Shown: positions 48,984 to 58,327 of the stretch, piece by piece
Position numbering within the stretch: the stretch's first letter is position 1
Layout of the letters: each line of letters opens with the position of its first letter
Source: Anaeromyxobacteraceae bacterium
Lineage (GTDB): Bacteria > Myxococcota > Myxococcia > Myxococcales > Anaeromyxobacteraceae
Reading direction: 5' to 3'
DNA: 64,000 nt
Assembly: GCA_047602405.1 (NCBI GenBank)
Contig: JASGHJ010000001.1
Location: 512,001 to 576,000 of the forward strand
Notes under the pieces: model-generated
Databases searched by the model: none
The model's input: the letters and a program-made list of their open reading frames with translations, nothing else
What the model was told of the DNA's origin: nothing
Translations under genes and position numbers: made by a program

Positions 48984-51080
48984 ATGACGCGCCTCGCACC
49001 GCTCTCCTTCGCCCTCGCGCTGGGCCTCGCCGCCTGCGCCACCTCCGAGAAGCCGGCCGTCCGGGCCGCCCCGTCGCCCGCGACGCCGGCCGCCGCGGCG
49101 CCCGCGCCGCGCAGCGTCGACACCTCCGCCATGGACCGCTCGGCCTCGCCGGGCGACGACTTCTACGCCTACGCGAACGGCACGTTCCTGAAGACCGCCC
49201 AGATCCCGCCCGACCGCTCCGCGACCGGCTCGTTCCTGCGGGTGTTCCAGACGGTCGAGGCGCGCAACCGCGCCATCGTCGAGGAGACCGCGCAGGGGGC
49301 CGCGCCCGCCGGCTCCGACGCCCGCAAGATCGGCGACGCCTACGCGAGCTTCATGGACGAGGCCGGCATCGAGGCGAAGGGGCTCGCGCCGCTCCAGCCC
49401 GTGCTCGCGCGGATCGCCGCGCTGAAGGACGCGAAGGCGCTCGCCGCCGAGCTCGGCGGCCTCGTGCGGGCCGACGTGGACATCTTCAACTGCACGAACA
49501 TGTACACGTCCCGGCCCATCGGGATCTTCGTCGAGCAGGATCTCAACGAGCCCTCGCGCAACGTGCCCTACCTCGTGCAGGGCGGCCTCGGCCTCCCCGA
49601 CCGCAGCTACTACCTCGACGAGGCCGCGCAGCTCGCCGCGACCCGCGAGAAGTACGTGAAGCACCTCGAGAAGCTGCTCGAGCTCGCCGGCCAGCCGGAT
49701 CCCGCCGGCACCGCCGCGAAGGTGATGGCCTTCGAGACGAAGCTCGCCCGCGCGCACGGGACCCGCGACGACGCGGGCGAGGTGCAGAAGGGCAACAACC
49801 CCTGGACCCGCGCCGACTTCGAGAAGAAGGCGCCGGGCATGGACTGGGCCGCGTTCCTCGGCGCGGCCGGGCTCGACGGCCAGCCGCTCTACATGGTCTG
49901 GCAGCCCACCGCGGTGACCGGCCTCGCCGCGCTCGTGAAGTCCGAGCCCCTCCCGACCTGGAAGGCGTACCTCACGACGCGGGCGATCGCGCGCGCCGCG
50001 CCGTTCCTCCCGAAGGCGCTCGCCGACGCGTCGTTCGCGTTCAACGGCACGGTGCTGACCGGCCAGCCGGAGCAGGGCGAGCGCTGGAAGCGCGGCCTGC
50101 AGGTCGTCGACGCGGTCATCGGCGAGGCCGTCGGGAAGCTCTACGTCGCGCGCCACTTCCCGCCCGAGGCGAAGGCCGAGATCCAGGGCATGGTCGAGGG
50201 CGTGCGCGCCGCGTTCGCCCGCCGCATCGACGCGCTCGACTGGATGAACCCGGCCACGAAGGCCCGCGCGAAGGCGAAGCTCGCGGTGCTCGAGGTCGGG
50301 ATCGGCTACCCGGACCGCTGGACCGACTTCTCCGGGCTCGAGGTGGTGAAGGGCGACCTGCTCGGCAACCTCGAGCGCGCCGGGCAGTTCGAGTACCGGC
50401 TCGCCCTCTCCCGGCTCGGCAAGAAGCCGGACCGCGGCCTGTGGTGCATGCTCCCGCACACCGTGAACGCGGTGAACCTCCCGGTGCGCAACGCGCTCAA
50501 CTTCCCGGCGGGCTTCATGGAGCCGCCGTTCTACGACCGCGGCGCGACGTCGGCCGCGAAGTTCGCGGCGGTCGGCGCGGTGATCGGCCACGAGGTGAGC
50601 CACAGCTTCGACGACCAGGGCGCGCTCTTCGACGAGACCGGCAAGCTCGCGAACTGGTGGACGCCGGCCGACCTCGAGCACTTCCAGGCCGCGGGCCAGA
50701 AGCTGGTGAAGCAGTACGACGCCTACCGGCCGTTCCCGGACCTCGCCGAGAACGGCAAGCTCACGCTCGGCGAGAACATCGCCGACCTCGCCGGGCTCGC
50801 CGCCGCGTACGACGGCTGGAAGGCGTCGCTCCGCGGCGCGCCGGCGCCGGTGGTCGACGGCCTCTCCGGCGACCAGCAGTTCTTCGTCGCGTTCGGGCAG
50901 ACCTGGCAGTCGAAGATGCGCGAGCAGGCGATGCGCCGCCGGATCCTCACCGACGGTCACGCACTCTCGCAGTACCGCGCCCTCACGGTGAGGAACATCG
51001 ACGCCTGGTACGAGGCGTTCGGCGTGAAGCCGGGGCAGGCGCTCTACCTCGCCCCGGCCGACCGCGTCCGCGTGTGGTAG
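48984..51080 (+). CDS. M13 (neprilysin/PepO-like) zinc metallopeptidase, lipoprotein
   Basis: PGDDFY.YANG, VNA, VIGHEVSHSFDDQG, GENIADL.G; lipobox LAAC. Confidence 0.95.
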   Translation: MTRLAPLSFALALGLAACATSEKPAVRAAPSPATPAAAAPAPRSVDTSAMDRSASPGDDFYAYANGTFLKTAQIPPDRSATGSFLRVFQTVEARNRAIVEETAQGAAPAGSDARKIGDAYASFMDEAGIEAKGLAPLQPVLARIAALKDAKALAAELGGLVRADVDIFNCTNMYTSRPIGIFVEQDLNEPSRNVPYLVQGGLGLPDRSYYLDEAAQLAATREKYVKHLEKLLELAGQPDPAGTAAKVMAFETKLARAHGTRDDAGEVQKGNNPWTRADFEKKAPGMDWAAFLGAAGLDGQPLYMVWQPTAVTGLAALVKSEPLPTWKAYLTTRAIARAAPFLPKALADASFAFNGTVLTGQPEQGERWKRGLQVVDAVIGEAVGKLYVARHFPPEAKAEIQGMVEGVRAAFARRIDALDWMNPATKARAKAKLAVLEVGIGYPDRWTDFSGLEVVKGDLLGNLERAGQFEYRLALSRLGKKPDRGLWCMLPHTVNAVNLPVRNALNFPAGFMEPPFYDRGATSAAKFAAVGAVIGHEVSHSFDDQGALFDETGKLANWWTPADLEHFQAAGQKLVKQYDAYRPFPDLAENGKLTLGENIADLAGLAAAYDGWKASLRGAPAPVVDGLSGDQQFFVAFGQTWQSKMREQAMRRRILTDGHALSQYRALTVRNIDAWYEAFGVKPGQALYLAPADRVRVW

Positions 51081-51194
51081 CGGGCCGGGCCCCGGCGCGG
51101 CCGGGCGTCGCTCCGGGGCCGACCCGTACGGTGTGTGAGGCGGTCGCACCCGACCGTCTGGGGCGCTCCCTTGCGCGCGGGCCGCGCCCCGGGA

Positions 51195-53738
51195 ATGAAC
51201 CGGGACGTCATGCGCTCCCTCGCCCCGGACCTCGCTTCCAGCGGCTTGCGCCTCGCGGCGGCGCTCGGCCTCGCCGCCGCGCTCTCCGCCTGCCACCTCG
51301 ACGCGAGGAAGCACGCCGGCCCCGCCGACACGACGCCGCCCTCGGTGCCCGCGGGCCTCACCGCGACGGCGCTCTCGCCTTCGCGCGTGACGCTCGCGTG
51401 GTCGCCCTCGACCGACGAGGGCGCCGGCGTCGGCGGCTACGAGGTGCTGCGCGGCGGGACGGTGCTCGCGACCGTCGCCGCCCCGCTCGCCTCCTTCGAG
51501 GACGCGACGGTCGCGGCGGGCACGGGCTACACCTACACGGTCCGCGCCTTCGACCGGGCCACGCCCCCCAACGTGTCCGCACCGTCGGCCCCGGCGCAGG
51601 TGACGACGCCCTCGCCCACGGATCAGCCGGGCCTCGACGGCCGGCCCGCGAACCCGACGTGCATCGCGCCCGCCCGGCCGTCGGCCGGCGCGGGCGTCCA
51701 GCTCGCGCGCGTGTTCCCGAACCTCCAGTTCTCGAGCCCGATCGCGATGCTGCAGGCGCCGGGCGACACGTCCCGCTGGTTCGTCGTGGAGCAGGGCGGC
51801 ACGGTCCAGACCTTCGCGAGCGCCGACGCGACCGCCGTGAAGACGACGTTCGTGGACGTCACCGGCCGCGTCACCGCGGGGGGCGAGCTCGGCCTCCTCG
51901 CGATGGCCTTCCACCCGGCCTGGCCGGCGACGAAGGAGGTCTTCCTCTACTACACGGCGCCGGCGGCGGGCGCGAAGCCGCTCCGCTCGGTGCTCTCGCG
52001 CTTCACGACGGTGGGCGGCGGCACCGCGGCGCTCGATCCCGCCTCCGAGCAGATCGTCCTCGAGGTGGCGCAGCCCTTCGAGAACCACAACGGCGGCAAC
52101 ATCGCCTTCGGCGCCGACGGCTTCCTCTACTTCGGCCTCGGCGACGGCGGCAGCGGCGGCGACCCCGGCAACCGCTCGCAGAACCTGAACCTGCTTCTCG
52201 GGAAGTTCATCCGCATCGACGTCGCGGGCACCGGCGCCGGCTACGAGATCCCGGCCGACAACCCCCACGCCGGAAACGCGAAGTGCGGCCTCGGCGTCAA
52301 CGCCACCGCGCCGTGTCCGGAGATCTGGGCCTTCGGCTTTCGCAACCCGTGGCGCTGGAGCTTCGATCGCGAGACCGGGCAGCTCTGGGTCGGCGACGTC
52401 GGCCAGAACGCCTACGAGGAGGTCGACGTCGTCGAGAAGGGCAAGAACTACGGCTGGCGGCTGCGCGAGGGCGCCCACTGCTACAACCCGTCCTCCGGCT
52501 GCCCGACGCCGGGCACCGTCGCGAACGGGGCGGTGATCGTCGACCCGGTCACCGAGTACGATCACTCGCTGGGCTCGGCCATCACCGGCGGTTACGTCTA
52601 CCGCGGCACCGCCATCCCCTCGCTGACCGGCGCGTACGTGTTCGCCGACTACGGCTCGGGCCGGGTGTGGCGGCACGACCCCGGCGCGCCGGGCCTGCAG
52701 CGCGCCGACGTCCTCGACACCGGGATCAACGTCTCTTCGTTCGCCGAGGGGCCCGACCACGAGCTCTACCTCGTGAACCTCGGCGGCACGCTCCACAAGC
52801 TCGTGCCGTCCGGCGCGCCCGCGACGGACCCCGTGCCGACCTCCCTCGCCGCCACGGGCTGCGTCGACGCCGCCGATCCGACGAAGCCGGCCGCGGGCCT
52901 GATCCCCTACCGGCTCAACGCGCCCTTCTGGTCCGACGGCGCGGTGAAGGACCGCTGGCTCGCGCTCCCCGACGGCCAGACCATCGCCCTCGACGCGGCG
53001 GGGGACCTCACCTTCCCGAACGGCACCGTGCTCATGAAGGCGTTCCGCGTGGGCGGGAAGCTCGTCGAGACGCGGCTGATGATGCGCCACCCCGACGGCG
53101 TGTGGGCCGGCTACACCTACCGCTGGAACGACGCGCAGACGGCCGCGACGCGCGTCATCGGCGGGCAGGTCCGCGCGCTCGCCGCGCAGACGTGGCTCTA
53201 CCCGACCGAGCAGCAGTGCCTGCAGTGCCACACCGCCGCGGCCGGCAGGGCCCTCGGGCCGGAGGTCGGCCAGCTCAACGGCGACCTCACCTACCCCGCC
53301 ACCGGCCGCACCGCGAACCAGCTCGCGACGCTCGAGGCGATCGGCGTGCTGAGCCTGCCCGGCCTCCCGGCGACGCTCGCCGCCTACCCGGACCCGCTCG
53401 GCCAGGCCGCGACGCTGGAGCTCCGCGCCCGCGCGTACCTCCACTCGAACTGCTCGCAGTGCCACCGCCCGGGCAGCACCGCGCCGTCCAACCTGGACTT
53501 CCGCTTCGCGACGGCGCTCTCCACGATGAACGCCTGCGGCACGGCCCCCCAGCGCGGCGACCTCGGCATCGCCGGCGCGAAGCTCATCGCGCCCGGCCAC
53601 CCGGAGCAGTCGATCGTCGTCCAGCGGATGAAGGCGCTCGACGTCTCGCGGATGCCGCCGGTGGGGAGCCTGGTGGTCGATCAGTCGGGGGTGGACGTGC
53701 TCTCCGCCTGGATCACGAGCCTCACCGCGTGCGACTAG
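51195..53738 (+). CDS. Lipoprotein: Fn3 + PQQ-dependent sugar dehydrogenase (GSDH) propeller + C-terminal diheme cytochrome c
   Basis: DTTPPSVP Fn3; NHNGG, GDGG, G.RNPWR, GDVG, ITGG.VYRG; CLQCH and CSQCH. Confidence 0.88.
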   Translation: MNRDVMRSLAPDLASSGLRLAAALGLAAALSACHLDARKHAGPADTTPPSVPAGLTATALSPSRVTLAWSPSTDEGAGVGGYEVLRGGTVLATVAAPLASFEDATVAAGTGYTYTVRAFDRATPPNVSAPSAPAQVTTPSPTDQPGLDGRPANPTCIAPARPSAGAGVQLARVFPNLQFSSPIAMLQAPGDTSRWFVVEQGGTVQTFASADATAVKTTFVDVTGRVTAGGELGLLAMAFHPAWPATKEVFLYYTAPAAGAKPLRSVLSRFTTVGGGTAALDPASEQIVLEVAQPFENHNGGNIAFGADGFLYFGLGDGGSGGDPGNRSQNLNLLLGKFIRIDVAGTGAGYEIPADNPHAGNAKCGLGVNATAPCPEIWAFGFRNPWRWSFDRETGQLWVGDVGQNAYEEVDVVEKGKNYGWRLREGAHCYNPSSGCPTPGTVANGAVIVDPVTEYDHSLGSAITGGYVYRGTAIPSLTGAYVFADYGSGRVWRHDPGAPGLQRADVLDTGINVSSFAEGPDHELYLVNLGGTLHKLVPSGAPATDPVPTSLAATGCVDAADPTKPAAGLIPYRLNAPFWSDGAVKDRWLALPDGQTIALDAAGDLTFPNGTVLMKAFRVGGKLVETRLMMRHPDGVWAGYTYRWNDAQTAATRVIGGQVRALAAQTWLYPTEQQCLQCHTAAAGRALGPEVGQLNGDLTYPATGRTANQLATLEAIGVLSLPGLPATLAAYPDPLGQAATLELRARAYLHSNCSQCHRPGSTAPSNLDFRFATALSTMNACGTAPQRGDLGIAGAKLIAPGHPEQSIVVQRMKALDVSRMPPVGSLVVDQSGVDVLSAWITSLTACD

Positions 53739-54472
53739 CGGGAGATGGAGAGCGTGGTGGTCGTCGTCCGCTCGCCCTTCTCGCCCGCGCCCTCGTTCCG
53801 GCGCGAGGACTCGTGGCGCACGGCCACGAGCCGATCGCCGGCCTGCTCGAGCCGGTAGGACTCGCGCTGCTCGGCCGAGAAGCTGACCACGAGGAACGCG
53901 CGGCCCGAGGCCTTCGTCGAGACCTCGGCCGCGAGCGGGACCCCGTCCGCGCCGAGCCAGAGCCGCCCGGTCGCCTCGACCGCCTTCACGAACTTGCGAT
54001 CCCGGGCCGAGAGCTTCGGGGCGAGCTTCACGACGAGGAGCCGCGCCGGGGCGCCGTCGAGCGCGTCCTGCCGGTCCTCGACGAGCACCGCGTCCACGAG
54101 CGCCTGCCGGAGCTCCTCGGCGGCGTCGAGGTGGCCGGCGAGGTCGAGCGCCGCGACCGCCTGCACGCCGTCGTGCGCCGGGGCCTTCGCCTCCGCGTCG
54201 GCCGCGCGGCGGCGGTCCTCCTCGCGGACCTGGTCGAGGAGCGCGCGCGGCCAGGTGACCTCGAGCCCCGCGGGACCGTCGGCGATGCCGCCGCTCGCCT
54301 CCCCCTGCACCCGGACGGCGTCCTTGCCGTCGCCGTTCACGTAGTCGTAGCGCACGGTGAAGCGGGCCCGCACCGGCGCCTTCGCGGGGAAGCGCGCGAG
54401 CGCGGCGTCGAGGTCGGCGAGCGGGCCGGCGGCGGCGGTGGCCACGGCGAGGAGGGCGGGGAGTAGGGTCAT
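53735..54472 (-). CDS. Hypothetical secreted protein
   Basis: Signal peptide; host-like codons. Confidence 0.65.
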   Translation of the reverse strand: MTLLPALLAVATAAAGPLADLDAALARFPAKAPVRARFTVRYDYVNGDGKDAVRVQGEASGGIADGPAGLEVTWPRALLDQVREEDRRRAADAEAKAPAHDGVQAVAALDLAGHLDAAEELRQALVDAVLVEDRQDALDGAPARLLVVKLAPKLSARDRKFVKAVEATGRLWLGADGVPLAAEVSTKASGRAFLVVSFSAEQRESYRLEQAGDRLVAVRHESSRRNEGAGEKGERTTTTTLSISR

Positions 54473-54540
54473 CGGGGCTCCGGCTCCTGCGGGGTCGGGG
54501 ACTATCCTCCGGAACGCGTGCTGGGCGAGGATATTTCGCG

Positions 54541-57093
54541 ATGGCACGCGAGCGCGCGTCCTCCGCGGGTGGCACCGCCACCTCCACCCGTTCGCCCGAC
54601 GGCCCCGCCCCGGCGACGCCGCCCGCGGACGCGTCGCGCGCCCTCGCGCCCCGCTACCGGTTCGTCGCGGAGCTGGCGCACGGTGGCATGGGGCGGGTGT
54701 CGATCCTCGAGGACACGCTGCTCGGCCGCGAGGTCGCGGTGAAGGAGGTCCTCCCCGAGGCCGGCGCGCGCGCCCTTCGGCGCTTCGAGCGCGAGGCGCT
54801 CCTCACCGCCCGGCTCGAGCACCCGGGGATCGTGCCGGTGCACGAGCTCGTGCGCGGGCCCGCCGGCGAGCCGTACCTCGTCATGCGCCGCGTGAAGGGG
54901 CGCCCGCTCGACGAGGCCCTCGCGGCCGCCCCCGACCTCGCCGGCCGGCTCGCGCTCCTGCCCGCCCTCGCCGCCGCCGTCGACGCCGTCGCCTACGCGC
55001 ACGGGCGCGGCGTCGTGCACCGCGACCTCAAGCCCTCGAACGTGCTCCTCGGCGAGTTCGGCGAGGCCGTGGTGATCGACTGGGGCCTCGCGCGCGAGGT
55101 CGCCTCCCTGGCCGGCGAGGCCGGCGAGGGCGAGGCCTCGGCGGCGGAGCGGGCCACCGGGGAGCTCTCCGGCGCCTCGGGCGCGTTCGACGACGGCCTC
55201 ACCCGCGTCGGCGCGCTCCTCGGGACCCCGGCGTTCATGAGCCCGGAGCAGGCGCGCGGCGAGGCGGTGGACGCCCGCGCCGACGTGTACGCGCTCGGGG
55301 CGATCCTCTACCAGCTCCTCGCCGGCGCGCGCCCCTACGCCGGCGTCCCGCAGGAGCGGCTCGTCGAGGCGGTGCGCGCGGGGCCGCCGCCGCCGGTCCA
55401 GGTGCTCGAGCCCGCCGCCGCGCCGGAGCTCGCCGCGATCTGCGGCCGCGCGATGGCCCGCGCGCCGGCCGACCGGTACGTCACCGCCCAGGCGCTCACC
55501 GAGGACCTGCGCCGCTTCCTGACCGGGCGGCTCGTGCAGGCGCACGCGTACTCCACGGGCGCCCTCCTGCGCCGCTGGCTGCGGCGGCACGCGGCGCCGG
55601 TCGCGCTGACGGCCGCCTTCGTCGTGGCGCTCGCGGTCCTCGGCGCCGTGAGCGTCCAGCGGATCGTGGCCGAGCGCGAGGCCGCCGAGGCGGCGCGCGA
55701 CCGGGCCCGCCGGGAGGCCGAGGTCTCGGCGCGCGTCTCGCGCTTCCTCGGGGACATGTTCCAGGTCTCGCGCCCCGAGCAGGCGAAGGGGCGCACCGTG
55801 CCGGCGCGCGAGGTGCTCGATCGCGCCGCCCGGCAGCTCGACGCGCTCGGCGCGGAGCCCGAGGTGCAGGCCCGCCTCGCGACGACGATGGGCGACGTCT
55901 ACACCTCGCTCGGCCTGTGGCCGGAGGCGCGCCCGCTCCTCGAGCGGGCCCTCGCCGCGGCGCGAGGGCTCGGGGAGGGGCCGACGCTCGCGGGCGCCGA
56001 GGTCGCGATGGCGCGCCTCCTCCACCAGGAGGGAAAGTACGCCGACGCCGAACGGCAGGTGCGTCCGGCGCTCGCGGCCTGGGAGCGGCTCGCCGGGGCC
56101 GAGGGCCCCGAGGCGCTCGCCGCGCGCTCCGTGCTCGCGGACACCTTGCGGGCGCAGTCGCGGAACGCCGAGGCGGAGCCGCTGCACCGCGCCGTCTGGG
56201 AGGCCCGCCGGCGCACGCTCGGCGACGCCCAGCGCGCGACGATCAACGCCGCGAACCTCCTCGCCGAGGACCTGTGGCGCATGGGGCGCTACCCGGAGGC
56301 GCGCGGGCTCTTCGAGGAGACGCTCGCGAACGCGCGGCGCGCGCTCGGGCCCGACGACCCCGCCGTGGCCGACCTCCTCGTCGGGCTCGCGTACGTCCGC
56401 TCGCGCCTCGGCGACGTCGCCGGCTGCGAGGCCGCGAACCGGGAGGCGCTCGCGGTGCGCACGCGGGTGCTCGGCCCGGACCACCCGGGGACGATGTCGG
56501 TCGAGTACGGCCTCGCCCTCTCGCTCTTCGACCAGGAGCGGTACGCGGACGTCGAGGCGGTCACCCGCGCGCTCGCCGCCCGGCGCAGCCGCGTGCTCGG
56601 GCCGGAGCACCCGCAGACGCTCAACACCGTCCACCTCCTCGCGAACGCGCTCCAGCAGCTGCACCGGTTCCCCGAGGCGGAGGCGCTCCACCGGTCGAAC
56701 GGCGCCCTGCGCGCGAAGGTGCTCGGGGCGGAGCACGTCAGCGCGCTCCTCTCCCGGCATGCCCTCGCGCAGGTCTTCATCTTCGAGGGCCGGACCGCCG
56801 AGGCCGACGCCGAGCTCGGGGCGCTGCGCGACACCTACGCGCGGAAGCTCGGGCCCGCGGCGCCGGAGGTCGGCACCGCGCTCTACGACCTCGCCTGGAG
56901 CGCGACCCGGCGCGGCGACCGCGACCGCGCGCTCGCCCTCCTGCGCGAGGCGCTCGGGCACCACCTCCTGCCCGAGACCGCGCTGCGCATGGGCCGGGAC
57001 AACGCCTTCCGGCCCCTGTTCCGCGACCCGGGCTTCCTCGCCGTCGTCGAGGAGGCCCGGGCGTATGCCGAGGCCGAGAACCGCAAGCCCTGA
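54541..57093 (+). CDS. Ser/Thr protein kinase with a TM segment and TPR repeats
   Basis: GGMG.V, VAVK, HRDLKPSN, DWGLA, GTP.FMSPEQ; LGP.HP.T TPRs. Confidence 0.95.
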   Translation: MARERASSAGGTATSTRSPDGPAPATPPADASRALAPRYRFVAELAHGGMGRVSILEDTLLGREVAVKEVLPEAGARALRRFEREALLTARLEHPGIVPVHELVRGPAGEPYLVMRRVKGRPLDEALAAAPDLAGRLALLPALAAAVDAVAYAHGRGVVHRDLKPSNVLLGEFGEAVVIDWGLAREVASLAGEAGEGEASAAERATGELSGASGAFDDGLTRVGALLGTPAFMSPEQARGEAVDARADVYALGAILYQLLAGARPYAGVPQERLVEAVRAGPPPPVQVLEPAAAPELAAICGRAMARAPADRYVTAQALTEDLRRFLTGRLVQAHAYSTGALLRRWLRRHAAPVALTAAFVVALAVLGAVSVQRIVAEREAAEAARDRARREAEVSARVSRFLGDMFQVSRPEQAKGRTVPAREVLDRAARQLDALGAEPEVQARLATTMGDVYTSLGLWPEARPLLERALAAARGLGEGPTLAGAEVAMARLLHQEGKYADAERQVRPALAAWERLAGAEGPEALAARSVLADTLRAQSRNAEAEPLHRAVWEARRRTLGDAQRATINAANLLAEDLWRMGRYPEARGLFEETLANARRALGPDDPAVADLLVGLAYVRSRLGDVAGCEAANREALAVRTRVLGPDHPGTMSVEYGLALSLFDQERYADVEAVTRALAARRSRVLGPEHPQTLNTVHLLANALQQLHRFPEAEALHRSNGALRAKVLGAEHVSALLSRHALAQVFIFEGRTAEADAELGALRDTYARKLGPAAPEVGTALYDLAWSATRRGDRDRALALLREALGHHLLPETALRMGRDNAFRPLFRDPGFLAVVEEARAYAEAENRKP

Positions 57094-57094
57094 C

Positions 57095-58327
57095 TCACTC
57101 CGGCCTGAACACCAGCACCCGCCGGTTGGAGGTGTCCGAGACGAGGAGCGCCCCACCCGCGAACGCGACCCCGCCCGGCTGTGCGAGGGTCCGCGCGGTC
57201 GGCGCCGTGCCCGGCGCACCGGTCTGCGCGTCGTCGTTCTCGGCCGCGAGCCTGAGGTCCGACTGCCCCAGCACGAGGTCCGCCGGCGCGCTCGAGGCGG
57301 TGGGGAACGCCCTCCACAGGAGCACGCGGTTGTGACCGGTGTCCGCCACCGCGAGCATCGCGCCGTCGGAGGTGACGCCGGAGGGGCCCGAGAGGCCGGT
57401 CGCGCTCGCGGCATCGCGCGCGGTCGTGAAGTCCGGCTGGCCCAGCACGAGGTCGGCCGGGATCCCGTCGAGCGGCGGGAAGGTGCTCCAGACGAGCACC
57501 CGGTTGTTGGCGCGGTCGGCGACGGCGACGCGCGCGCCGTCGCTCCAGACGTCGGTCGGCTCGCGCAGGCCGAGCTCGCCGCGCGGCCCGAGCGCGCCCG
57601 TGCCGTGGGCGTCGTTCGGCGCGCAGGTCGTCTTCGAGACCTGCCCGAGCACCCGGTCGGCGGGCGTGCCGCTCGCGGTGGGCACCGCGTTCCAGACGAG
57701 CACCCGGTGATTCCCGCGGTCGACGACGAAGAGCTTCCCGCCCGCGAGGAGCGCCCGGCTCGGCGACTCGAGCCGATCGGCGGCGCAGCCGTGCGCCGGC
57801 GTCGCGAGATCCGGCCAGCCGACCACCACCGGCGCCGCGGCCCCCGTGCCGGCGGTCGCGGGGAAGAGCAGCACCCGGTGGTTGCCCGCGTCGGCGACGG
57901 CGAGCGTGCCGCCGGCGGCGTGGACCGACCAGGGGAGGTACAGGCCCGAGGCGGCGGCGCCGGCGACGTGCTCGCCGAGGTCGGCCTGGCCGAGCACGAC
58001 GGCCGCCGGGGCGCCGCTCGCGGCGGGCGTCGCGCTCCAGCCGAGCACGCGGTGGTTGTAGGGGTCGGCGATCCAGAGCCGCGCGCCGTCCGCGGCGACG
58101 CTCGCCGCGGGGTACTCGAGGCCGGCCGCGCCCACGCCTCCGCCGGCGTTTGCGTCGCGGGTGGTGAAGGTCGCCTGGCCGATCACGAGCGCGGCGGGCT
58201 GGAAGGTCGCGAAGGCCGGGGCCGAGCCGCCGCCGCCGGGCTTCTTGCCGGAGCCGGTGCAGCCGGTGACGACGAGGGTGAGGGCGAGCGCCGCCGCCGG
58301 CGCGACGGGGGTGCGGAGGGTCCTCAT
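57095..58327 (-). CDS. NHL-repeat lipoprotein
   Basis: Lipobox VTGC; repeated L.VAD..N.RVL.W...P......AD.VLGQ. Confidence 0.88.
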   Translation of the reverse strand: MRTLRTPVAPAAALALTLVVTGCTGSGKKPGGGGSAPAFATFQPAALVIGQATFTTRDANAGGGVGAAGLEYPAASVAADGARLWIADPYNHRVLGWSATPAASGAPAAVVLGQADLGEHVAGAAASGLYLPWSVHAAGGTLAVADAGNHRVLLFPATAGTGAAAPVVVGWPDLATPAHGCAADRLESPSRALLAGGKLFVVDRGNHRVLVWNAVPTASGTPADRVLGQVSKTTCAPNDAHGTGALGPRGELGLREPTDVWSDGARVAVADRANNRVLVWSTFPPLDGIPADLVLGQPDFTTARDAASATGLSGPSGVTSDGAMLAVADTGHNRVLLWRAFPTASSAPADLVLGQSDLRLAAENDDAQTGAPGTAPTARTLAQPGGVAFAGGALLVSDTSNRRVLVFRPE

